In this document: piece by piece, positions 24,101 through 36,100 of the stretch
Numbering within the stretch: position 1 is the stretch's first letter
How the letters are laid out: each line of letters begins with the position of its first letter
NCBI RefSeq assembly: GCF_963921235.1
Contig: NC_086120.1
Span: 186,001-250,000, forward strand
Direction: 5' to 3'
From: Mobula hypostoma
Lineage: Eukaryota
DNA: 64,000 bases
Notes under the pieces: model-generated
The model's input: only the letters and a program-made list of their open reading frames with translations
Databases searched by the model: none
What the model was told of the DNA's origin: nothing
Position numbers and translations under genes: made by a program

Positions 24101-27100
24101 CAGCACTATTGAAACGAAAAAGGAAAGAAATCAGTAAGAAATTTCTTTGCTGCATTTGACGCATAAGCTATCGATCGGAACATTCCGTTAACCACCGTTT
24201 CTTGGTTCTTTGCCATTGTAGCTACACCTCTCCCATAGCTGTCCTGTTGGTGGGACAAGATGCACTCAGGGATTATTGTGGTGGAATCTGTAATTGATTC
24301 CACCATGGTATGCTTGGAATGATTATGTCGGAAACTGTGGGACAGCTTGCATGATTTAAATGCTAATCTCCATAGAAAAGCTTCATCGTTGAAAAGACGT
24401 AGCTGACATTGAACTACTTTTAAAAGGACATCGTTACTGTCTCTTTAAAAAACAAAAGGATTCTCTATCTATGTCAAATCTGTTCAGTCCCATTGATCAG
24501 TGCCTTGCTCATTATTCATTACCCCCTAAATTTTGAGTTTATCACCATTCTATATTGCATCCACCCTGCCTGCAACCCCAATATTTGCCTGATAACGACA
24601 TCATCCTCATCACATCATACACTGCCCCACTTGTTTATTCATTCTTAAAGAAGTGTGTATAGTTTATAAGTATCCGGTAGTATTGCAACTGGCCAAACAG
24701 AAGTAGGTGCATGTTCTTTATCCTTTCACTGACTACATCAACAGACCATTGTAGGGTTTTACACATACAAACCTGGTGGCAGGTCCAGTTTCCCCCGGAA
24801 AAAACAGCATGGTTTGCAAAAAGGTGTGGTGGGGCAAGAAGTTAGAAATATGTAACAGAGACATACGATGAGAGGTTTACTTCACAGCATAATGTTTATT
24901 CGCTGTCCTTGCGTGCTCAGTTTTCTTGACTTAGTGCGAAACTGTATTTCTTAACTTACTGCCTTGATAATGCCATGACAATGTTGCATTGGCATGTTGT
25001 CAATGCAATGTCAGAACTAGTTAATGCTTCACAGTTGACTGTGTTATCAACAATCTGATTGCTTAGCTGTTTGGCTCTATAATAGAATTAGGTAGAGTTG
25101 GTCAGCTGTGTGGGTTCTGAACTGGTCAGGTAGACCTAACTGGAGAGGGCTACACCAACAGATTTCAGACTCTGTGTTGGCTGTAGAGTTCCTGCTGCAC
25201 ATACTGAGTCCAAATTTGTTCCCAACCTCGAGTGTTGTCTGTATGCAAATTGCGCATTCTCTGTGACCGCGTGACATTTATCACACTTGCTGGTCACTGG
25301 GTTGATTGGCCACTATGGTAGTTAAAAGGCAGAATCTAGTCATGTTGATGGGAGAGTAAACATACAGTTGATAGCAAGGGCCTGTTTTCAAGCTGTAAGA
25401 GTTTATGATCATGCAATGGGAAATTGTTTTGCTCCCTCTTTGTGTTTACCTATTCAAACCACTGCCATAAGTTTCAGCCATTATCCTGAAGTGATAGTGC
25501 TGAGGATGATCTAGTTGGTTTACAAACAGCAGCAGTGAGTTTGCTAGCAAAGAGAGGCTGATAATAGGGCAAAATTGCAGTTAATAGGATGAGTTGCAAC
25601 GCAAAAGGATGAATGTGGGTTTGAAAATGTCATATTTGATTGTGCACACAATATGGAATAAGCTATGAATTGGCCTGTCTGATGATGTGGGCATCACTGA
25701 GTTGTGGCTGAATGAAGATTATAGCTGCGAACTTAACATGCAAGGATACAAATTGCTTTGAAAAGACCAACAAGAAGGCAGAGGGGATGGTATGGCTCTG
25801 TTGATAAAAACAATCATAGGTGATGTAGAGTCGGAAGGTGTTGAATCATAGTGGATAGAGCTAAGGAGCTACAAGGGTGAAAAAATGGGAGTATATACAG
25901 ACTCCCAAATAGTGGTAAAGATGTAGTCTCCAAATTACAATGGGAGATAGAAAATGCATGCCAAAAGGGCATGTTACAACAGTTTTAGGGGGTTTCGTTA
26001 TGCAGGTAGATTAGCAAAATGAGGTTGGTGCTGCATTCCAGAGGGAGAATTTGTGGAATGCCTACAAAATTGCTTTTTAGAGCAGTTTGTGGTTGAGGTC
26101 GCTAGGGGTCAGCTATTCTTTTGTGCAATGAATATGCAGGTAGATTAGCAAAATGAGGTTGGTGCTGCATTCCAGAGGGAGAATTTGTGGAATGCCTACA
26201 AAATTGCTTTTTAGAGCAGTTTGTGGTTGAGGTCGCTAGGGGTCAGCTATTCTTTTGTGCAATGAATATGCAGGTAGATTAGCAAAATGAGGTTGGTGCT
26301 GCATTCCAGAGGGAGAATTTGTGGAATGCCTACAAAATTGCTTTTTAGAGCAGTTTGTGGTTGAGGTCGCTAGGGGTCGGCTATTCTTTTGTGCAATGAA
26401 CCAGAATTGATTAGAGAGCTTAAAGTAAAGGAACTCAGGGCGACAAATGATCATACTATGATGGTATTTACCCTGCAACTTGAGAAGGACAAGCTAAAGT
26501 CAGATGAATTAGTGTTACAGTGGAGTAATTACAGAGGCACGAGAGGAGCTGGCCATAGTTGATTGGAAAAGAACATTAAGGAGGATGACAGCGGAGCAGC
26601 AATAGCTGGAATTTCTGATAGCCATTCAGAAGATGCAGAATGATTACATCTCAAAGAGGAAGTATTCTAAAGGCACAACTGCGGCTGACGAGAAGTCAAT
26701 GCCAAACTAAAGGCATGTAGTAGAGCAAAATTTCATGGGAAGCTAAAGGTTTGGGAAGCAACTATAAATATAACGAAGGAAACAAATATGAAGATAAGCT
26801 AGCCAATAATGTAGGGCATATCAAAGTTTTCTTCGATAAATAAAGTGTAAAAGAAAGGCAAAAGCAGATATCAGACTGCTAGAAAATGATGCTGGAGAGG
26901 TAGTGATAGGGAACAAGGAAATGGTGGATGAACTGAATAAGTATTTTGCATCAGTCTTCACTGTGGAAGACACTAGCGGTATGCTGGAATTTCAAGAATG
27001 TCAGGAGGCAGAACTGAGTGCAGTTGCCATTACTAGGGGGAAGGTGCTTGAGAAGATGGAAGTCATCTGGACTAGACGGTATACACCCCTGGGTTCTGAA

Positions 27101-30100
27101 AGAGGTGGCTGAAGAGATGTGGAGGTATTGGTAATGACATCTATGTGAATGACTGACATAGCTCTGGAGGAATGGAAGCTTGCAAATGTCACTGCACTCT
27201 CCAAGGAGGGAGAGAAGCAGAAGAATGGAAATTATAGGCCAATTAGTCTGACCTCAGTGGTTTGGAAGATGTTGGAATCAATTGTTAAAGATTTGGTTTC
27301 AGAATAGTTGGAGGCATATGACAAATTAGGCCCTTCAGCATGATTTCTTTAAGGGAAAATCTTGCCTGACAAATATGTGGAATTCTTTGAAGAAATGACA
27401 AGCAAGATAGACCAAGGAGATGTTGTTGGATTTTCAGAAGGCCTTTGACTAGGTGCCACACATGAGGCACCTAGCTATAAGCTATAAGCCCACGGTATTA
27501 CAGGAAAGATACTATCATGGATGATGCATTGGGTGACTAGTAGGAGGCAAAATGTGGGGGGGGGGGGAGGGAGCCTTTTCTGACTGGCTGCCAGTGACTA
27601 TAATGTTCCACAGAGGTCTGTGTTGGGACCACTTATTTTTACATTGTATGTCAATGATGGAATTGATGTCTTTGAGGCTGTTTGTGGACGATACAATACA
27701 CAAGGGTGGGGCATGTAATTTTAAGGAAGTAGAGAGGCTACAGAAGGATTTGGATTAGGAGAATGCAAAGAAGTGTTGGGAAGTGCATGGTCATGCACTT
27801 TAGTGGAAGAAATTGAAGGGTTGACTATTTTCTAAATGGAGAGAAAATGCAAATATCTGAGCTGCAAAGGGACTTGGGAGTTCTTGTGTAGGCTTCTCTA
27901 AAGGTTAATTTGCAGGTTGAGTCAATGGTGAGGAAGGCAAATGCAATGTTAGCATTCATTTCATGAGAAGTAGAATATAAAAGCAAAGATGTAATGCTGA
28001 GGCTTTACTTGGGAGTATTGTGAGCAATCTTTAGGTCACTTATCCGAGAAAGAATGTGCTGACATTGAAGAAGGTTCATAGGGAGTTTACAAAAATGATT
28101 CTGGGATTGAAAGGCTTGTCGTTTGATGGCCCTGGGCCTCTACTCCCTGGAAATCAGAAGAATGAGGGGTGACTTCATTGAAATCTATCGAATGGTGAAA
28201 GGGCTCGATGGAGTGGATGTGGAGAGGGTGCTTCCTATGGTGGGGCAATCTAAGCCCAGAGGACATGGCCTCAGAATAGAGGGGTGTCCTTTTAGAATGG
28301 AGATGAGGAAGAATTTCTTCAGCCAGAGAGTGGCGAATCTGGAAGGAATTCATTGCCACAGGTGATTGTGTAGGCTAAGTCATTGGGTATATTTAAGGCA
28401 GAGTTTAATGGATTCTTGAGTGGTCAGGGGCATGAAAGGATACGGGGAGAAAGGAGGAGATTGGGGTTGAGAGGGAAAATGGATCAGCCATGATGAAAAA
28501 GCAGAGCAAACTCAATGGGTCAAATGGCCTAATTCTGCTCCTATAACTATTGGTCGTCTTCTGTCGAGAAGAGCATCATTTCACCTGCTGCTTCATCTTA
28601 AGTCAGTTGGTATAAAAAACTAGGTCACAACTTAACTAGAATTGGTGAGGAAATCTGCAGGTGCTGGAAATCCAAACAATGCCAAGAAAATGCTGGAGGA
28701 ATTCAGCAGGCCAGGCAGCATCTACGGAAAAGAGTTGATATTTCAGGCCGACCCTTTATCAGCCACCTTCTTCCTCTGACTTCCCTTTTTTTTCCCAATC
28801 CTGATGAAGGGTCTCAGTATGAAATACTGATTTTTTACTCTTTCTCTCTAGCCTGTTTAACTATAGTTATCTTGTGTTTGTGATGTCCTGTATAGCGGGA
28901 CTTCTTTGGTGGCACTTGGCAAATCTCTTTATCATCAGTTTGCTTGTTTAGCATAACCTTAATAGAAATTGTACTCACCATTTTTCTCACATGTTGCAGT
29001 AGGCTCCTTGGAACAACCATGAAGCAACCTTTCTGAGAAGTCTTGGTGAAATCCATTTCTTGCCTGTGGGAGCAGTGCTATCCCGTAATGCACCTTACAT
29101 GGTTGTGTTGTGATAATCTCGGCAACAGAGCAATGGTTTTTGGGTTCACAGAAAAGAAGGTTGTGACATAAATAGGATAAAGTCTAAAAGAAAGTGAAGT
29201 GGATCAGATTCTAATTCATTTTTCATGTCCTAGGGACACAGCTGGTCAGGAACGGTTTCGGACAATCACTACTGCATACTACCGAGGGGCGATGGTAAGA
29301 TGTCAATATTACACCAGCTTCATTCATTAACTTTCCTGAGTAAGAGCTGCAGTAAAAGATACGCATTCCATGCAATGATCTGCTAATAGACACTTGTCCA
29401 GCCGAATGAAGAAAGGGGCTCCCTTCTTGGTGCAGAAATGACAAATGGTATGATCAGATCTCATCTGTTAATTACTTGAGCTGTATCTAGACTCGGGGTT
29501 TTGTCAGCCCGTCAGAGTCGTGCATGTTCAGTAAGATCGCCTCCCATTTTTCTATGCAACGAGTATATGTCAACCAGAGAGAGAGAGATCTATTTAAGCC
29601 CAGTCTTGTTTGCTTTGTCATATTGATACTAGTCTGATGCCCAGCATAGTATGAGCTTTAAATTACCTTTAAGGCAGTGCCTTAACAAATGCTTTCCAGA
29701 AATCTTAAGTTTACTATCTACTGGTAACCACAGCATGTGTTATTTGTGAGCCACATTATTTGTTAATGTGGGTCATGATGTATGGCAAATTTTATGGTAC
29801 TTGTAGTGATGGATTTTTCACATTGTTTCCATGCAGGGTATTATGTTAGTGTATGACATCACCAATGAAAAGTCCTTTGATAATATCAAGAATTGGATCA
29901 GGAATATTGAGGAGGTACGTTTTCAGCTTCCACTTGACATGTTGTCTTGGCTGAACATTTACACATTTGCATCTGAGAAGTCAGGGTTTTAATTATATAT
30001 ATTTTGAAAAATATTATCCAGGAGTTAAGTACTTCCTTTCTGGTCCAGTTATAAAACTGTAACTGCCTGCCTGCTCAGTCAATATAAGATGATACCCACA

Positions 30101-33100
30101 TATAGTGCAAAAACAAATTAGTATGAATCACAAAATAAATAGAGCTTCAAGAATAAAGAACAACAAAATAATGTTCATGGATCGTCCAGTAGTCTGGTGG
30201 CCGTGGGGAAATTGTTCCAAAATCGTTGAGTGTGAATCTTTAGGTTACTGAAACTCTTCCCCATAGTAGTAATGTCCCCAGTGAAGACCGTCTTTAATGA
30301 TGGATGCAGTCTTCTTGACGCACTGCCTCTTGAAGATATCTTGGATAGCTGGAAGGTTTGTGCCCATGATGGAGCTGGCTAAGTCTACAACCCTCTGCAG
30401 CCCCTTGCCATCATGTGCATTGGAGGCTCCAAACCAGTCAGAATGTTCTTCTTGTCCATTCATAGAAACTTGCAAGAGTCTTTGGTGCTATACCAAATGT
30501 CCTCAAACCCCTAATAAAGTAAAACAGGTGGCATGCCATCTTTGTGATTGTATGGGGTCCAGAAACTTGAACCTTTTCCACTATTGACCGTTCAGTGAGG
30601 ACTGGTTCTCCCTACTTGGCCTTACTGAAGTCCACAATTAGTTACTTTGTCTTTGTGGCATTGAATGCAAGGTAGTTGCAACCCTACTTAACCAGCCAAT
30701 CTATCTCACACCTGTATGCCACCTCATCACCATCTGAGATTTTAACATCAGCAGTTTAATCTGGAAATTTATAGATAGTATTTGAACCGTGTTTAGCCAT
30801 TCATTGGGCTAAGCATGCATCTTTGAAGTGTGCATAGGTTGATTGTCAACAAGGAAGAGATGTCTTTTACAATCCATATTGACTGTGGATCTCCCAATAA
30901 GGAAATTGAGGATCTGGTTACAAAGGGAGGTACAGAGTCCCCCATTTAGAAAGTTAGTGCTTGGTATGGGTGAGGGGGTGATGGTTTTGAATGTTGAGCT
31001 GTAATCAGTAAACAGCAGCATGACATGTGTTTTGCTGCTGTCTAGGTGCTCCAAACCCAAGTGCAGAGCTATTTAGGCTGCCTCTGCTGTAGAACTGTTT
31101 TGGCAGTAGGTGAATTGCAGCATCTCCAGGTCCTTTCTCAAGCAGGAGTTAATCCTAGCTATAACCAACTTGTCAAAGCACTTCATCATTATAGATGCGA
31201 GTGCCTCTGATCAAGAGCAAGGAAGCTTATCTTGCTCTTTTTTTTTGAGCAGTGGTATGATTGCTGCCCTTTTGAACCTCAGGCTGCAAACACTCCAGCC
31301 AGTTGGTCAGTACAGGTTTTTAATACCCAGCTAGGTTCACATTTGGGGCCCAGCGGGAAAGTTTGCCGTTTTGAATGATGTTCTGACATCAGCCTCTGAG
31401 GCAGAGATCAGTGGGTCACCAGGTGCTGTGGAGATTCACACGGTAGTGTTATTCTCTATTTCAAAGCATGTATAAAAGGCATTGATCTCATTGCAGAGTG
31501 AAGTATCGTTGCTATTTATGCTGTTAGGTTTTACCTTGTAGAAGGCAATGGCGTGCAAACTCTTAACGCTATTATATTGCATCTGATTATGTCTATTTTC
31601 ACACAAAATTGCCTTTTCACTTGCACCATGGCCTGGGCAACTAGGATTTTGGATCACCAGTTTCGACTATCAGAGATCCAGCAGACCATGAATCTCCTGG
31701 TTCATCCCATGGATTTTGGCTTGGGTAAACTGGTATGCTTTCAAGGGAATGCGCTGATTATTCGGGTCTTCTTAAACAACAAAGTATTCATATAGAACCT
31801 TGCCCACATTCTTTGCCTCGAAGCAAATGTTCCCTCCTTTATCCTCGTGGTCCTAACCCCTCCGTAGTTATCCTCTCCCTCTTGGTGTAGGTATAAAATG
31901 TCTGGGGATTCTCTTTAATCTTACTTGCCAAGGACTTTTCATGGCCCTCCAGGCTCTCCTAGTTCACTTCTTGAGTTGTCTTCCAAGTTCATTATCAACT
32001 TCAAGGGTCATGTTTGATTTTGGCTTTCTAAACTTCACGTTTTTTTTTTCCTTCCTGACTGAATTCACCATTTCTCTCAACATCCAAGATTACCTTACCT
32101 TGCCACCTTTGCCCTTCTTATTGGATAATATCTATGATGTAGTCCTGTGTAGTTAGTTTTTAAGCACTCTCCACATGGCAGATGTGGACTTCTATCAATG
32201 ATCAATGTCTTTTCTCCCCATTCGGTGAACGGCCATCTTAAGGGTGCCTAAGGGGATGTTGGTGTGCATCATGGCGGACAAAATCGAACGAAACAGAATT
32301 GAAGTCAACAGGAACCCGGTAGTACTGTATGCCATAATGAAAGATAGGAATTCGTGCAAAGGAATTGAATTTACTGAGGAGGGTGGAACACAGTTGATAG
32401 GCCAACCAGATGGTTGTGTCAGGGATGAAATCACCTGGCGCTCGTAACAGCTGTCCGTATACCAATTCAACCACGGACGACTGTAAGTCCTCTTTTGGAG
32501 CTGTTCTGAGGCCCAGCAGGACCCATGGGAAATGATGATGCCAGCACTCATCAGTCAGCGATGCCCTCAAAGCAACCTTTTAAGGAGTGGTAAATCCTCT
32601 TGCGTAGGCCATTGGACTGCAGGTCGTACGTCATAGTGTGATGTAGCCCAACACTGAGCTTCTGGGCCATCGTGGCCAAGAAGTCTGTTATGATTGGGGA
32701 CTGCAGTCAGAGAAAATATCAGATGGGGTGCCAAACGGAGCAACCATGTGCTGTTGAATGCCTGAGCCACATCTGCGGCTGACGTTGATGCTATGGGGAT
32801 GAGCTCTGGCTACCTGGTGGTACGGTCCACTATGGTAAGGAGCTGTGTGAAACTGCGGAAGGGGAACCAGAGGGCCAACAAGGTCCACATTGACATGGTC
32901 GAACTGTCACTCGGGGACCTCAAAAAGTGCCAATAGCTCCTGAATGTGACAGTTAATTTTTGCTGGCTGGCACCCCACACAGGCTGCAGTACAACCACAC
33001 AGTCCTTTCAAAGGCCGTACCACCACGTTTTAATGCAAACCGTTTCTGTGAGGTCTTCCGGCCCAAATGCGAGAGGCCAAGTGTGGGGTAAAAAATGGTC

Positions 33101-36100
33101 TGCCTCCAGTTTGTGGGTATGATGGGGCGAGGGCAACCGGTTGAGACATCACATAGGAGAGAAACCTCACCTTCCCCAAACTTAATGCCAGCTAACTGCA
33201 GACTCACAGTAAGCCTGGACCTCTGGGTCAGTAGCTTGATTGCCTGTCATGCCAGCATAGTCAACCCCTATATGTGTGGCCTCAACAGCTAGCCACAAGA
33301 GGCAATCAGTCACAGCATTATTTTCTCCTTAGTATTGTTGTATATCAGTAGGAAACTGATATTGTAGGCCAAGTGGCATTACTGCCATGCAGACCAAGGG
33401 TCTGATATTTCGGCCATCATGTGTACGAGGGGTTGTGATCAACAAGCGCTGTCAAATGGCGACCCTCTAGACAAAAACAAAAATGGTGGACAGCCAGGTA
33501 GAGATTGAGAAGCCCACAGTCAAACATGATACATTTCCTTTTGAGGAGACAGAGCTACTGGCTGAAATGGCTATGGGTGTGTTGGGAAGTGTGTACACCA
33601 GTAGGGTCACGTTGGAAAGCTCGTTGGGCATTATCAAATGCCCTGGTCATGTCTACTGACCAGTGAAGCATTTGATTAGGGGTATTGCCTTTAAGCGCTC
33701 AATACAGGGGGAGCATAAGTTCAGCATCTTGCCGGTTGAAGCGGGGATAGAAAATTAACTATGCCTAAAAACTCCTGCAGTTTGTTAGTAGTGCATTGTG
33801 GTGGGAAATCCATAACCGCGGCTACTCTGATGGAGGGGTTTCGTACCTTCTGCAGAGATGCAATGGCTGAGAAAGTCAATAGTTCACAACCCAAACTGGC
33901 ATTTAGCAGAGTTAATAATCAACCCCTGTTGGCTTAAGTGCTTAAAGTGTTCGGAGATGGGATACGCGTTTGGATCTGGATGCACTGGTGACAAGTATGT
34001 CATCCAGGTCATCACAAAGAAAATTTCAGTCTTTTAATAAAGAGTCCATCAGCCATTTAGAAAGCCTTCTGCTTTTTTCAGACAAACGGCATGCGCTGAA
34101 TCTCAGGCTACGTCCATACTAGACTGGATAATTTTGAAAATGCCAGTTTTGAGTAAAAACGACAGGCGTCCACAGCAAGCGTTTTTCTTTCTTTCTTTCT
34201 TTTTAATTCTTTTTATTGAATAAGTATACAAAAAGGTAAGCCATATAGGCACTAATACACTGTTAGAATATAATAAAATTACAGGAGATATTAATACAAA
34301 AAAATGATACAAACAATGTAATTTAAACATAACATACTAAGGTAACATAATAGTATACTAATTTTTATATATATATATATATCAATAGAGAAAAAGAAAA
34401 AAAAACCACCGTGCAACTAACTAAAAGCAAAGCAAAGCAATGGGCTAACTTGGAACCAAGCAGAGTTAAAAATCTTAAAATCACGTCCTCAATCCCGACC
34501 TCCATTAAAAACCAGTAAAAAAAACAAGAAGGGTATATAAATATGGAGCAAAAAAAGAGGAGAAAAAAAATTACATTAAATGAAAATATTGAATAAAAGA
34601 TCTCCAGGTCTGTTCAAATTTAAGTGAGGAATCATAAAGATTGCTTCTAATTTTCTCCAAATTCAAGCATAATATCGTCTGAGAAAACCAAAAAAAGGTA
34701 GTTGGAGCATTAAGCTCTTTCCAATGTTGTAAGATACATCTTTTCGCCATTAAAGTAAGAAATGCAATCATTCTACGGGCTGGAGGAGAAAGATTACTAG
34801 AAATTTTAGGTAGTCCAAAGATAGCAGTAATATAGGGGGAGGAGAGATATCTATATTCAATACCTTGGAGATGATATTAAAAATGTCTCTCCAAAAAGTT
34901 TCCAGAGTAGGACAAGACCAAAACATATGAGTTAAAGAGGCTATCTGCCCCGGACATCTATCACAAAAAGGATTAATATGAGAATAAAAGCGAGCTAATT
35001 TATCTTTGGACATATGTGCTCTATGAACAACTTTAAATTGAATTAGGGAATGTTTAGCACAGATAGAGGAAGTATTGACTAATTGTAAAATCTGCCCCTA
35101 GTCATCCACGGAAATGATAGACCCCAATTCCTGTTCCCAATCTACCCTAATCTTATCAAATGGAGCTTTCCTAAGTTTCATAATAATATTATAAATCATA
35201 GCCGATGCACCTTTCTGACATGGATTAAGGTTAATTATAGTATCTAAAATGTATGTAGGAGGAAGCATTGGAAAAGAAGAAAGTATAGTACTTAGGAAAT
35301 TTCTAACTTGTAGATATCTAAAAAAAATGTATTCTTGATAAATTATATTTATTAGATAATTGTTCAAAAGACATAAGGGAACCATCTAAAAATAAATCCA
35401 AAAACCATGAAATACCCTTAGTCTTCCAAATTTGAAAAGCACGATCCGTAAAAGAGGGTGGAAAAAATATGTTACCTAAAATAGGAATCGCTAGCCCAAA
35501 TTGGTTAAGATCAAAAAATTTTCTGAATTGAAACCAAATACGTAAGGTATATTTAACTATCGGGTTAGATACCTGTTTGAGGCACGTTTTTCAAAATATC
35601 TCTGTCCACATTAGAACAGATATTTGGGCGAATCTCCTCCTACTGGGCATGCGCAGGACACAGAAAACAAGCGAAGAGGAAACAGTATACTTAGTGCGCG
35701 TTTGTCCACTTACAGACTAGAAAAACTTTAAAGGAATTGCAGTTGGCTCTCGCGCAGGAGGACTTAAAACTAAAAAAAACAACAAATACTGGAGCGTATG
35801 GAGGCAACCGACAGGAGTTCACTGACAGTATGACCCAGCTGACAACGAACATTGAAAAACGGACTAACTCTGTTACGTTAATAAAGCACCTTGTTAAATG
35901 TATAAAACATGTCTGCATCAGTGTTATCTTGTATTTCCAGACAACGTTACATTAGGCTGTTACACATCTGTTGTCAGAGAAGTACTTACATAAATAGGTA
36001 AACCACCTTCATACAAGCAAGGACAGAAAACAGGGCAAAGTGGGTATACTTATTTATTCAGTAAGCTATGGGTCAAAGTATTTGGTGAGTACATTTCTAA

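Noticed and set aside
25999-26400. CRISPR-like array (also 63040-63580)
   Set aside because: Eukaryotic context; contiguous tandem units without unique spacers.
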